From Phoronis australis (Eukaryota; Animalia; Phoronida): 64,000 bases of DNA. The notes under the pieces are model-generated. The model worked only from the letters and a program-made list of their open reading frames with translations, was not told where the DNA came from and did no database searches. Positions 45,301 to 58,696 of this stretch are shown in pieces. The translations under genes and the position numbers were made by a program. Location: the NCBI GenBank assembly GCA_002633005.1, contig NMRA01000124.1, positions 844,902 through 908,901 of the forward strand. Reading direction: 5' to 3'. The number at the start of each line of letters is the position of its first letter. The first letter of the stretch is position 1.

Positions 45301-48300
45301 AAACGTGCACAGTGAACGTAAAATACCTTTGGTATTCTAATGAAATCTTCACACTCCTGGCGGAAAGAAACAGGACAGATAATGAAGAAAACCAGTTAAC
45401 AAACGTAAACATGAAAAAACGAGGAAATTCTGGAAAAAATGATAACACAGCGAGAGTTCATGCAGCAAAACTTGAGGTCTGCTGATAGAGGTCAGTGCGA
45501 GCTGAAAGAAGCAAAGCACAAGTTACACAGGGCAAAAACGATATCATACTCATCAAGCATTCCACCGTTTACAAACGTTACATGTTCAACAATCTTAAAC
45601 AGCAGAGAGCACAGCCATCGAGCATTAAAAGTAGCTTCAACACAGGTGCGGGTCCAAGTGAGAAATCCCAGCAAGTGTCTGCTTAATCACGGTAACAATG
45701 ACGCATCGTTTTACTACGTGCCACTTCAAGGACGCGAGGAATTCTCAATTTCCGTGACTAAGCAGAAATTACCGTAAAATGCTTCAAAATTGTGTTCAGC
45801 GAACAAGCCATGCAAAAAAAACTTGCATAGACTTGTTCTGACCTAAGCGCGCAGTACACACAACATGCCATGCACCAAGATTTAGGTTTGCAGCAAGAGC
45901 TTAGCCCTGTTTCTAGTTCTAATACAGAATTAACAACGTTATATCAGCATTGCCATCTGCTATACCTCTTATGACTTCAGGCAATTTTAGGTTAACAGTG
46001 CCACTTAACTTTGCAGTGGACATTGCTATCTTCAACGATTAAAGGGCAGTGTCGTCACCAATATTTATTTTGCCCAAATAATTACCAATCGAATTAGAAT
46101 TAGAAATAAGTTTAATCTTAATTATCACACACATGTTCTCACATCCAAAAAAATCTAAGTACATTGGACTGGGATGCGTCAGTGCTAAATTGCGATTACT
46201 TCAAAAATGTCACTGTCACCCACCATTTACTTCAATGCCGTTAACCGCCAAAGCTGGTATGAACCATTCAATTAACTTCGCAGTTTACATCGACACTCCA
46301 CCCACAGAGGATTTTAGTTAGTATGAAAGCGCTTTTCCAATATTTTGGTCAATGCACATTTAAACTAGTAAGTTTATGTCTATTGGTGTTCAAGCTAATT
46401 AGTTACATGACTTTTAAGTGTAGTTTACAATTCATACCGCCAAACGATGACGTTATCCAAATTGTGTAGAACCCTACGAATGCGTTAAAACTGAAGTTTA
46501 GATTGAATTTATTACCCAAATGGATCAGATATCTTCAAGAGGACAAGAACTCAGACTAAAGTTATTTCAAGTCATTTAGCTTAAACGGCAGTTCTACTAA
46601 AAGCAATCTTCCAAGAAATCCTTCACATGCTACCATTCATGTCTGCTGAATTAGTACACACTCCGTCTGCTACAAGCATAGAGAACAGGGATAGCAGTGC
46701 CACCTAGCAGCACACATTGTACAAACCTCAATCTGTTTAAGGGTAAAACAAACACAGGAAGTAATAGCAAGCAGTAAATTGTAATGATTTTTACTGCCAC
46801 CAGGGCAGTCAAGTAGGAATCAAACCGTGCAACTGCATACTGTAAAATCCAATAAGCAAATCAGAGGCCAACATTTTGTCAAAGGTTAAATGCTTGTCAA
46901 GGCCAAAAAAGCATATATTCGTTCTGGCATCTTTTCTTGAAAATCTAACCTGTGGTGCACTGTTTTAGTTTCACCTTTTCAAAAAAGAAAACCCGAGACG
47001 AGCAAAATTGACGCGGGATCCGTTTTTATTCACTGCTTGGCAAATCACAGCGTTTCAAACCTTGGATACCCTTGGGTTACGTGCCTTTGCGCCGTTTTTC
47101 AAAAAATAAAAACATGAGACCTTGGCTAAATCTATTAAGGACAAGGGTATTTCAATTTTAATTGGCGAGCAGAGGTTGAGACCAGCACCAACTATCCTTT
47201 CTTGGCCTAATAGCTGAAGTTGGTCGTGGCCTCATTATAACATGCGATGCTACCCCTTCTTTGAAGAAGCGAGACACTGTTACTAATGGAAATTTGACCG
47301 TAGTCCACATTCACATGGAATGACATCAAAAAATTACACACAGTAACAGTCGGATGTAATGTGCCCTCATTATGAGTGGTTCTCAAAACGTGGGCATGTT
47401 ACATCTGACTATCGCCCATTTTGAATTCCGTGCCTGGAAAAAAGTTACGACAAATTAGGTCCCACTGAATGCAAGACAATTGATAAAACGGGCCTCTGAA
47501 CTCCAGAACCAACACAATTAAGGTAACTTATCTGCTTTAGCTGGTTTTTAACTACGACATTTCAACAGACACAGTACACAGCATTTTAAACCGACCAATG
47601 CCATTTACACCTTCGTTGTCAGATGAAGACAAACATTTTGGAGAAACCAAGTATGTTTGGGAAGCAGTTACCGTTGCCGGACCTGAGTCTGGCCAATATG
47701 ATGCTAAAATTCAGACACAAATCGTGATCTTCGATCCAGGTACAAAAAATCTCCAAAGCCCCGTGTCCTTCCAGCTCCAACAATAATTGTGAACACATTT
47801 AATCTGGTTACGGCAACGATTGTTAGAGAATATAAGGACAAGTGCCTCTGAGTGATTTTTCAAAAAAAATCAGTTTAATTTTAGCTGAATTCTAGCCATC
47901 TTATTCACTCAAGTCAGGTTAACTGCAGTATAAACATGTATATATATTGTTCATTGCTACTCATTTTTAAACACATTTTTGTGAGTCAAATATGCCAGTT
48001 GTTAGTGACAAGTTCAATTGATATCAATTACGCGATAAATCTTTAAAGGCCATTTTCAAGACCTTTAGATTTATGACAGATTTAGCCGTTTTAAACACTG
48101 ATTTTGTCTTTTGTACTCATATCAATGAGTACGAGATTTTGCACACATATGGTCTATGAACAAAGTGCAGCGCAGTGTCAGCTGTCAAAAAGTGAAGACT
48201 AATAATGAGGCTTTTAAAATGGATTTTTAGTTCTCTCTACTTGAGAGTAGATCATAAATCTGAGACACAAAGACATCCGCAACGAAAAGTTTTTCTCAGA

Positions 48301-50746
48301 AATTTGTGTTTAAAGCAAAAAAATAAGCAGTTGCGCAAAGTTTAAAGGCAGGAATTAAAACTTAACAGTAATCGTGGTCCCAGAGAATATAACTTATACT
48401 TTTAAACGTTAAAAATGGGTAGTCAACAGTTAACTACTGAAAGATTTAAGTTGGCAACTACCATAAATATTTTAAGAACAGGAAAATCTTTTTGATGCAT
48501 TTTTCAGCAATGTAACAACAGGAATAGGACAAATTAAAAATAAAATTTTGATAATAAGCAACTAGTCAGTTACCAGGGCATAGGGTCTAATCTATGCACT
48601 CCAACTCAAAATTACTTCCTGTTCAGAATAAGAACCAATTGTTCTGGGATCGATTAAATTCTCCTTTACATTGATGAATCTATGATTTTAGTTCGTAGCA
48701 AATAACGGTATAAATCAGAATCTAAAATTGAAGTCTTGAGTTTAAACGTGAGTGTGTGGTTGAAATCTAGGTCATGAATCGCGAACTTGAATTAGAAACT
48801 CAACCGCATAAGCCAATATGCATACTGGGGCACAAAATTCTAAATACTCGTACTCAAGTAAAACAGAAAATGCCCAAACTAAATTAAAGTTCTGAGATTA
48901 GACCACGGCCCAGGTAAAACAGTTCTTGTCATTAGCAGGCAGTATCAAATCCACTTTGCTCAGTAGGCACAATATTATCAAAAAAACAACAACTTGCTAT
49001 CAACTTATTCCTCAAGCTATCACACTTGAGATAAAGAATTAAGACAAAATCAGAGTTGCTTCAAACGAATCGAGCAAACTCGCCTTTCCATTACCTCGGC
49101 AGAGTTGGCAGATTTTGGTCTCCCCGTTTCTTCGCTAGAGTTCCTCTTGAGCAGCTCACAGATCAGCGGACTTTTCTTTGTGGCCGCTGACTCGATGATG
49201 TTCAGGTCTCGCGCTATGCTCTCTCGGCTGCCAAAGTCTGTCTGTGCATACCAGAAATATGCTTTAACATATTGGAAATACATACCATTTGTAACGTAAG
49301 TGTGCGTACTTAGACCTTAAGATCTGAAATGACCTTTTGTGGTACACTATGTGTGTAAACGTTCATGGCTGGAACCAATACACTGATCGCCTGATTTATG
49401 ACCATGAGGACCCCTCAGCGTGAAATTTCAAGTTTTAATTTTCCCATGAAAGATTAGTAACAATAATGTAATGCCTTTCCATGTTCATGGTCGGTACCAT
49501 AGCCAACACCAGACATTTTGAAAAATTTCTGACAATCACAACAATGCTAGAATCCTTTGAAAAATCATAGATTATAGATAAAAGATTCGCAACTCCAACA
49601 ATTTCTTGTGTACTATCCTAGAGGAGGCGCCACTCTCCTAAATTATCTGTTTCAATTTCCGGTTAGTGTATTGTGACGACAAAACAGCCGACCATGACCA
49701 GCAGATTACATACTTGCAGGAAATAAAACCTGCTAATTTGGCCAGGTGTCGCTAGTGAATAATGAAGTCATTGCTTCTGCAAGAGCACAGATTTCATCCA
49801 TTGAAAGTATACGGAGTGGGCTATTTTTTGGTAAATTATTTTTGTCCGAAATTGGCGAGATTGTACCACACAAGAGGCACGGCAAATCAACACTGGATAC
49901 AGGCACGGCTTCACAGCTTAGCGTGCGGGCATAAATGCACTCATTTACAATACGGGGCGTATATGTACGTTACCAATCGTTCATCTTACTTAGCCTGACA
50001 ACTGTTTTGCTACACCAACATCTTCAAGAGGCTCACCAAACAACAGTCTTGAAAGAAACAAATGCAGCACTTACAAATCCAGTCTCTGGTTCTAATGTTG
50101 CAGCGGTGAAGTCCAGGTTGAAGAATTGTAGGAACTCTCTGACCAAACTGACAGCTACTTGACCTGTAGTTGACAGAACAAAGATTGTAATTAAGGCTAC
50201 TAACAGTGAAAATTATGAATACACCCTAGGAACAAACATTAAAACCTTCCAAATTTAAAACATCTTTAAACTATTTGAAACAAACACCTAGATAGATAAC
50301 TTTACTTCTGGAGAATAAAATATGTTAAGTATAAAACTTGTCTACCATGTGGTCCTTTTGAAAATAAATAAATAATTGAACATAAGTACTGACTGCGTAC
50401 GTACAGACAAGGATGGAAAAAGGATAGTTAAGGGTGAAATGACACAAAATAACTTTCTGAATGTTCTGAAACGCGCAATCTGTTTGACGTTCTTTAGCAA
50501 AAGAAATCGAGCGAAAAATGTTTACAACAATGCACACATCCAAAACTAAATAATGAATGACATCTCTTAATTATATTGATTTGAAAATATAAGAGGCGCT
50601 GTTAACTCAAGCAAGCACAAAAGGTGGAGCCACATACCATCTTTGGTAGTCAGGAATTTCTTCAGGTCTTTGTTGAGAAAGGGTGTTTTATTCTCGACCG
50701 TCTCTTGATCTTCTAATGCCAGGAATACGCTGGCCCTTAGCTGAGC
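33327..50746 (-). CDS. CEP43: Centrosomal protein FOP / FGFR1 oncogene partner (CEP43), 5'-incomplete, with internal EF-hand pair
   Basis: Minus-strand exons 50746-50638 (AQLRASVFLALEDQETVENKTPFLNKDLKKFLTTKDG), 50163-50075 (QVAVSLVREFLQFFNLDFTAATLEPETGF, LisH), 49241-49095 (RESIARDLNII...PLICELL), 45356-45327, 42303-42247, 41347-41277, 40134-40073, 39091-38937, 38467-38352 (AFFDDLIP), 37127-37080, 35680-35487, 35075-35007 (DIDKKMADLGF), 33852-33713 (DDYEDDF...SIAEEIEE), 33413-33327 (DLTTDRTISIGGDVGTDYIEDVLSF*). Phases are consistent (1374 nt). N- and C-terminal motifs match FOP as I recall it. The small exons 45356-45327 and 37127-37080 are less certain. Confidence 0.9.
34106..34607 (+). mobile_element. 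hAT-like MITE family B, 6-bp TSD TTTAAT
   Basis: Same TIRs and internal sequence; TTTAAT at 34100-34105 and 34608-34613. Confidence 0.9.
35168..35384 (-). mobile_element. hAT-like MITE family B, inverted, interior collapsed at N35304; 6-bp TSD AATACT
   Basis: Same TIRs; AATACT at 35162-35167 and 35385-35390. Confidence 0.85.
46901..47207. mobile_element. Possible MITE with GGCCAA termini
   Basis: GGCCAAAAAAAGCATA...CTGG at left and CCAG...TATCCTTTCTTGGCC at right form an imperfect TIR. Confidence 0.4.
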
Positions 50747-51185
50747 CTAGAACAGACAAGAGCACAGGTCGTGACAGGAGTGACCAAACCGTGCCTCGCC
50801 TGTCCCAACTGGCTGTGGGGAGTCACATGACCTCATATAAGGAACAAATAGGGAACTTCCACTTCACTTTTTCCAAACTCATTTTCAAGGTAACAAAGAA
50901 TAAAACAATCAAATGGCATGTTTTGCTCAATTTCGTGATTTTCAGTTGAAACATCATAAAAAAATAACTAGCTGGAAAGTTAGCAGCCACAAAATTGTTA
51001 CGTTCCTAACATGAATCAAGTATCATGTGACTTTCCACAGTAATCACCATTGGTGGGACAAACGAATTCTTCACTGATAAAGTCTGGCATAACAAATGTT
51101 AGCACTATGCCAACTTTACCACTGGAGAAGTTTGGTCACCCCTGCCCGACCTCATGTTCAAGAAAATATCTTTATTTCGAAACAG

Positions 51186-51284
51186 TACAATACAATACAA
51201 AATTATACAATACAATGCAATACAATAAAATAAAATACGATACAATAAAATAAAATACGATACAATAAAATAAAAGACAATACA
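51186..51284. repeat. (TACAA/TAAAA)n pentanucleotide microsatellite
   Basis: Directly visible. Confidence 0.85.
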
Positions 51285-51544
51285 AGTGGAGAACACTGTA
51301 TCCATGCACACAATTTCAAGAAAACTGAAAAATGCACTCTCAGAAGCCTGAACTAGTAAATGGTACAAAAAAGCAAAGCTCACTCCTACTATGACCAAGC
51401 AATCCAAGCCCAAATCTTTTCTGCAATAGAATAAGATAAAATAAGCCCAAAAACAATTTGTGAATTGTATGTTGCTTGGTATGTCCTGGCAAACAAAACA
51501 AAACCACTGAACAGTAATTCTGATCCTCAAGTCCATCCTGGGGA

Positions 51545-52767
51545 TTAATATTGGTTCTTGACCTGGCAATACCATTAGGTGTCATGTTGCTTGATCTAAT
51601 GGGTGACACACTTATGTAATAGTCTCCCACATCAAAGGTCCAGTCACAAGTTCTAAGCATGAAATATACCTCTTGTGGTCCAATTCTTCAACAGAGGATA
51701 TGTTGCACAAAACAATACAATGTCCCTTCTCAGTCTGGCACAACACCTTGTAAAGTGTTAATTTGTGGTATACACTGAATGATAGTCCATTGTTACACTG
51801 TCAATTTCATTAACCAGCTTGACACAGCCAGAATGTTACATCACAGTGACAGTCAACTTATTCAGCAGCAAGCATTATGTTAAATCCCAGGCCACATTCA
51901 GTCTTGATCTCACAAGTGTCAAGTTGATTCATAAACATTGGAACCACCAGGTTTCCAGCGGAATGGCATTGAACCAATACCTGTTTACAGAAGCACCAGC
52001 TGACATCATCCTGTGTAACATCAAATAGTAAAGTTCTTCAGTGATGGTTCAAAGTGCAACTGACCGTCCACTACTGTGCACCATTGTTGGCTCCTCTCTC
52101 CACTCACGATTAGCCATGGAGGAGTACAAGCCACGTTACCAACAGTGCATCCTGTCGACACATTAGCGACCTCTTCATCAGCAATCGTTAGTCTGAAACT
52201 CACAATTTAACGCCGTTCTTAATCCAACACAGCATCCTATGCAACAGTGAAAGCTCCTGTCTTCAGTTTCATTTAGTCAAGAAGGAGCAGCCATGTTGCT
52301 ATGATTCTGTAGTCAGCAAGCGTAGTTCAAGAGAGTGCTCACCTTCACAAACCTCGCCACAATATTGTCACTTTCTTCAATGATACATTTCTTGAATACG
52401 CCAGTCTGCCAAGGCCGAATCTTAGAGGATTACTCGACAAATCCAATCAATGGGAGACCACTCATGTTCCCAGATCAAGAGTTGGTTGTGCACGATTACA
52501 CGAAGATAACTAAGAATCACAGATCAATACGATATAGTGAACTTCTTCAACAACTGTCACTTTGTAACTCATGGCTAGATTTCCCTGTGGAAGTCTTAGT
52601 TTCCTTGACATACCAAGCAACATTTCAAAATGAAAGCGCTCCGAGGAGCGAAACTTGGCAAAATTAACAGAAGAGATGACAATAGCGATGATGACGATGG
52701 TGGCTATGCTGGTCAAAGAAGTAGTGATAACATTCATGTGACGAACGTAGAGGTCAGAAATCAGTAA
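51545..52767 (+). pseudogene. Possible highly decayed intronless class A GPCR (peptide-receptor-like)
   Basis: Ordered fragments in shifting frames resemble TM1 (IPLGVMLLDLMGDTL), TM2 (IYLL), TM3 end (GMALNQYLF, NRY-like), TM5 (LTPFLI...LCN), TM6 (AMIL...VLTF) and TM7/helix 8 (NSWLDFPVEVL...FQNE); many stops and frameshifts. Confidence 0.35.
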
Positions 52768-53181
52768 GAAATTGGGTACAATCTATATCTACAATTTGCA
52801 ACAAGAATAATAGTTTGTTGGTTTTGTTTTCTAGGAGATCCGATTCTTATAAGTTTCATACTCATCTTCATGTATTAGTTTGCTGGGGGCTCCACTGGTT
52901 AATATGGAGGTTTTTACTTAATTAACTTTGTCATTTAACAACTCATTCTCTTACTTCCTATCCGTTTTATAACATGATAGGAAACACATGTCTTAAGTTA
53001 GGAGATAAAAATATTATTGCATAATGCAGTGTTCCGCATGGCTCATTTTGGTTAGACGCCCAAACATTATCCCAAACATTATCGAGTTCCTTTAACTTGA
53101 TAGTTTGTAATCGGATTATAGATGACATTTTTATTGATTTCGGAATGCCACTAAGTTGGGAGTAGTATCACTTTAATTGCT

Positions 53182-54242
53182 ACCAGATTAGCTCCAATGT
53201 CAACAATTTATCTTTGTAAATACTGCATCGCAGAGTCGATGTTCCACTTGTATACAGCTAAGTTAATCGTCGCTGTTAAATTTCGATTTAGGGTCGAAGT
53301 TAACGTTCATATTGACCTCAACACCCCAAAACATATGTTAATGGCAGGACTTCGTGGTATAGGTATGGAGCCCTTATGTTATTGGGAGATATGTCCACTG
53401 GATCTCAGTTCTTGCGAATTAAGTGAGAACAATGTTCTTCCATTAAAAATTTCCATGCATTTAGAAGCATTAAATACAGTCAGAAGTAATGAAGTACTGA
53501 CTTGGGTTCACGATTTGTAATCAGCAATGTTTCATATTGTGCAGAAACACATTGCCACAGCCAATATGATAAAAGTCTCTATCATTGTAATTAAACTTCT
53601 TGGGCCATATCAGTAGATTAAAATGTTACATAAGTTAGGTTAGAGCACCTGTTTCTAGTTAAGTCTTAATTTGAAAACTAGTAGGTGTAATGGGAGGCAG
53701 ATTNGCGACTGTACGCTACAACCAGATTAGCTCCAATGTCAACAATTTATCTTTGTAAATACTGCATCGCAGAGTCGATGTTCCACTTGTATACAGTTAA
53801 GTTAATCGTCGCTGTTAAATTTCGATTTAGGGTCGAAGTTAACGTTCATATTGACCTCAACACCCCAAAACATATGTTAATGGCAGGACTTCGTGGTATA
53901 GGTATGGAGCCCTTATGTGATTGGGAGATATGTCCACTGGATCTCAGTTCTTGCGAATTAAGTGAGAACAATGTTCTTCCATTAAAAATTTCCATGCATT
54001 TAGAAGCATTAAATACAGTCAGAAGTAATGAAGTACTGACTTGGGTTCACGATTTGTAATCAGCAATGTTTCATATTGTGCAGAAACACATTGCCACAGC
54101 CAATATGATAAAAGTCTCTATCATTGTAATTGAACTTCTTGGGCCATATCAGTAGATTAAAATGTTACATAAGTTAGGTTAGAGCACCTGTTTCTAGTTA
54201 AGTCTTAATTTGAAAACTAGTAGGTGTAATGGGAGGCAGATT
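53182..54242. repeat. ~520-bp tandem duplication around N53704 (probable assembly overlap)
   Basis: 53182-53703 vs 53721-54242 are nearly identical. Confidence 0.85.
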
Positions 54243-55948
54243 TAGCCAGTAATACTTATAAAATTTTGTTATCCTTAGATAAATGCTTATTTGACGATTG
54301 TTTGGAATTGATTTTCAAATCTATTACGTTTAGTTATGGATAACTTTACATAAACAGGACATCTAAATGTTAATGGAACTTCAATTGGTGCACAGAATGA
54401 AAACAAGATTGTTGTTTAGAATGCAGTTGTATAACAGTTCGATTGTTTCATTATATAATTTTAAAAGCGTGATAGGGCGTAAATATATTACATGAAGTAA
54501 TATTATTTGGTTATTGATCTTTAGCTATTAGAACAGTCAGGTGCGGATAGAGGGTTTTATTTTAGTGGGTGTACCGCAATGGAGAGACACACAGCTGTGT
54601 AAATGACTGAGGAGGGCGATTTGGGCTCTCCCGACTCATTCTTTGTCAGACTGCCTCAGTAAAACAACTAATGTATTTGAAATTTCTTATGTCACTACAA
54701 ACACTATTGGAGTCCTAGGTTTCACGTTACTGTTTATGCACAAGGTTTACTGCTCACCATTATCAATTTACAAGTAGTGTATCATTCCATTTTTTGATTA
54801 TGATTCTTCAGTTTTTGGACTATTATGTGATTTGTTTGTATTTGTGTCTAGTAGCTTAGTACAAACGTACACTGTCACCAAGTTTTTAAGTAATTATCTA
54901 TTTTCCATAGGGGTGCCCATAGTTTGAAGGTGAAGGGAGGCCCTTAATATTGTCTACTGTTTTAAGCCCTCGGTATGTGGTGTGCTCAGTTTTTGCTACT
55001 ATGTTTACCATATTTGGATCTCTAAATTTTGTTAGAGTTCAAATATCTGGGTATATTTATTTTGTTTTGTGTTTAATTACCATCACTTTTACTGGACAGT
55101 TGTTAGAAACTACATATATGGGCGTTGCGTTATCAATTTTATTGGTGCATGATATTAAAATTTTCTGAAAACGTTCATGTGTTTTATTTGTTTTCTTGCC
55201 ATTTTAGTTATCTTTTTTGGTAATGGGCTTTCCGCTAAGCGTTATGGAACAGAACCAATGGGTTCTACCCCAAAACGTGAGCCAAAGCTAATGGTCGATC
55301 TTACAAAATGGTGGACAACCTAATTTTCCTAACCTGTTTTTATAACGATGGGTCAAAATGTATTACGTATTTATGTGTATAATGTGTCTATGAATTATTA
55401 ACCATGAATTTATTGCCAATCCGTTACCCGTTTTCCATAAATTCAATAGACAGATATTCTTTTCGAGTTGTTTATTAAAAGAAGTAATGTCACCAAATTT
55501 TTAAGTTCTGGTTCAAGTTTCAAGCACTGTATATACAAAGGTCTATTTTTCATATACAGATATTGGGGCACTAATATTCAACTTGACAATTGGTGAATAT
55601 AATTAGGAATAATGGAGATATGTCCAAATTTGGCAAGTACGTTTACCTTATTTGTCGATCTTATATTCGGAATAGTTTAATTTTTGGGTAAAATGGTTTT
55701 TTTCTTTTGATATTGTTTTGATTTTTATATCGTCTAGTAGCATGATTTAGCAGTAATGTTTTTAATGTCAAATATTCCGTTCTTCTTAAAGTACCTAAAT
55801 GCTTTGTGTGCGTTTATTGTTACTATGTGTTGTTTGATTTAGTTTATTGGAACCCTCTCCAAAATGGAATATTCGAGTAAAATCCGTTCTTACACAAAAG
55901 AAGTGACACCTCAACAGAATTTTACTATTGTGCGTAGTATCTACTAAG

Positions 55949-57063
55949 ATGGAAGAAATACATGTAATAACTGAATTTGAACCAATACAGAATAAAGAAA
56001 CTTTTGTGGCCAAAGCTATTCTGCGTCATAAAGACGAAATAGTGTCGGTTTTCGTAAATGGAGAAGCAGTGCCTGAAGAATTAGAGAAAGGAAAATTTTG
56101 CACCTTGTTAAAAGTTAAGAGGTCTTAACATGGCCTCTTGGTCAGCCAAGATACAAAGGTAATTTTTATGAAGTATCATCAATTATTTTCTAGCGTGGTA
56201 ATATAATTATTGTTTGTTACATTTTCGTGTGTTAATATACATATTGCTGTTTTTCATGTTATGTGATTATTGTCGTGGATCGGATAATTAAACATGTTAC
56301 CGTTGCTAGGTGGTAAGACTAAATCGTTTAAGTGAGTAAATGTACATTTATTTTACAGATTTTTCCCGACGTGGCACTCTTCGATTACAGCAAATCTACT
56401 GTAGAAGGATAGCCGAGGCCCCCAGTCGTTAGCATCGACGAAATCATCAATAGTCCTCGGAAAAGGCGAGTGTCAGTTGCAGCACAGTGACCAAGGTCGG
56501 AGAAACCGTAACTTACAAGAGCGGATCAGTGCGAAAAGTAATAAGACTGGACGATCAAGTTGATGTAAAATTATGGGGAGCTTAAAGTAGCTTCGACTTA
56601 AAGAAAATGACATTACAGCAATTTTGGCCTTAGAAACTGACGAATGGGAGAAAATCGTCAGCCTTAACAGCACTCTTAGTACTACATACGAGGTCAAAGA
56701 AGAGGAACATGAACTTCTATTGGATATTAAAGCTACCAACAACAGGTAAGACAGTATTATTTCTTCATACAAATTTTTGAGGTGCAAAGGTAGTAATACA
56801 ATCGTTGGTTTTGATTGTCATTTACCTTTCGATTTTCATGTAGGTATAATTTTCTTTTTAATTAATGTAAGTTTATGTTTTAGTTAATGTATTACCGTTT
56901 TGTATATTTATCGATCTTTAATGTCCTATGTTACACTGAGATTGTCACCATGGGTAGATAGGTATACCCGTTTTCGTGAATCATACCAAGTGATCAGCGC
57001 CCTCAGAAGGTCAAAGCAACCATTCAACGGGGTTCAGTGATCGAAATGAGACTTGTAGATTAA
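55949..57063 (+). pseudogene. Spliced tandem OB-fold (RPA/HIN-like) gene, copy A, disrupted
   Basis: Exon 55949-56158 (MEEIHVITEF...SQDTK|gt, in-frame TAA at 56126); exon 56359-56745 (IFPDVA...PPVVSIDEIINSPRK.RVSV..TVTKV...VDVKLWG, with stops and frameshifts); third exon to TAA 57063 with its acceptor mutated to CAC. Confidence 0.6.
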
Positions 57064-57544
57064 GGGATTTGGCATCAGGGTATTTTGTAGATACTATAAC
57101 ATAACACAAAAATTATTTTGACGTATTCGGATAGATGTAGTTGACATAATTTCCTCCTCCATAGGTTCAACGACTAAGGGCAAAGCAAAATTGCGAAAAA
57201 GATATTTGAGTGGCTCAGGTACCTACCAAGGCAGAAGGGAGCCCTGCTACTATGAGGCGCTAACTACAGCAAAATAATATCAGCTTTTAAAGTACTACTA
57301 GCTATTATCTGATTTCCTTAATGCATTACTTTGCAGATACCTCAGTCATAAGTAAATACGGTAAGGCAATACAGTGAACTCGACGTTGAGAACAACATTA
57401 TCTAGAAGTAAATAACAAATGCTGTGTACATACAAGAAAAAAGGGTACAAATGATGAGGTGTTTAAAATCGCTCATTTTCCCAATATAAGTCCTTCCAAG
57501 TACAGGACATGCAGTGCAGACTCTGTTCATGGTTATCAATTTTG

Positions 57545-58696
57545 CTATTTTGCGTCATAAAGACGAAATAGTGTTGGCTTTCGTAAATGGAAAAGCAGTG
57601 CCTGAAGGATTAGAGAAAGGAAAATTTTGCACCTTGATAAAAGTTAAGAGGTCTAAACATGGCCTCTCGGTCAGCCAAGATACAAATGTAATTTTTATGA
57701 AGAATCAATTATTTTCTAGTGTGGTAATATAATTATTGTTTGTTACATTTTCGTGTGTTATTATACATATTGCTGTTTTTCATGTTATGTGATTATTGTC
57801 ATGGATCGGAAAATTAAACATGTTACCATTAGTAAGTGGTAAGACTAAATCGTTAAAGTGAGTAAATGTTCATTTATTTTACATATTTTTCCTGACGTGG
57901 CACCCTTCGATTACAGCAAATCTTCTGTAGAAGGATATCTGAGGCCCCCAGTCGTTAGCATCGATGAAATCATCAATAGTCCTCGGAAAATGCGAGTGTC
58001 AGTTCGCGGCACAGTGACCAAGGTCAGAGAAACCGTAACTTACAAGAGCGGATCNGTAAATGTTCATTTATTTTACATATTTTTCCTGACGTGGCACCCT
58101 TCGATTACAGCAAATCTTCTGTAGAAGGATAACTGAGGCCCCCAGTCGTTAGCATCGATGAAATCATCAATAGTCCTCGGAAAATGCGAGTGTCAGTTCG
58201 CGGCACAGTGACCAAGGTCAGAGAAACCGTAACTTACAAGAGCAAATCAGTGCAAAAAGTAATAAGACTGAACGATCAAGTTGATGTAAAATTATGGGGA
58301 GCTAAAAGTAGCTTCGACTTAAAAGAAAATGACATTACAGAAACTTTGGCCTTAGAAACTGACGAATGGGAGAAAATCGTCAGCCTTAACAGCACTCTTA
58401 GTACTACATAGGAGGTCAAAGAAGAGGAACATGAACTTCTATTGGATATTAAAGCTACCAACAACAGGTAAGACAGCATTATTTCTTCATACAAATTATT
58501 GAGGTGCAAAGGTAGTAATACAATCGATTTTCATGTAGGTATAATTTTCTTTTTAATTAATGTAAGTTTATGTTTTAGTTAATATATTACCGTTCTGTAA
58601 ATTAATCTATCTTTAACGTCCTATGTTACAGTGAGATTGTCACCATGGGTGGAGAGGTATACCCGTTTTTCGTGAATCATACCAAGTGGTCAGCGC
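57545..58696 (+). pseudogene. OB-fold gene copy B (5'-truncated, internal N-join duplication at 58055)
   Basis: ILRHKDEIVLAFVNGKAVPEGLEKGKFCTLIKVKRSKHG; MRVSVRGTVTKVRETVTYKSKSVQKVIRLNDQVDVKLWG; exon-2 acceptor AG mutated to AT; ends at N58697. Confidence 0.6.

Noticed and set aside
43818-47703. Additional FOP micro-exons near 47672-47703 and 43818-43845
   Set aside because: Splice signals are plausible, but there is no homology support and the phases conflict with the intervening 30-nt exon.
53197-54059. Twin 107-aa ORFs (MSTIYLCKYC...)
   Set aside because: They lie in an N-joined assembly duplication, with no recognisable motif or splice context.
57860-58260. A fourth OB-fold gene copy
   Set aside because: Overlap around N58055; cannot be distinguished from an assembly artefact, although the copies differ (TAT vs TAA).
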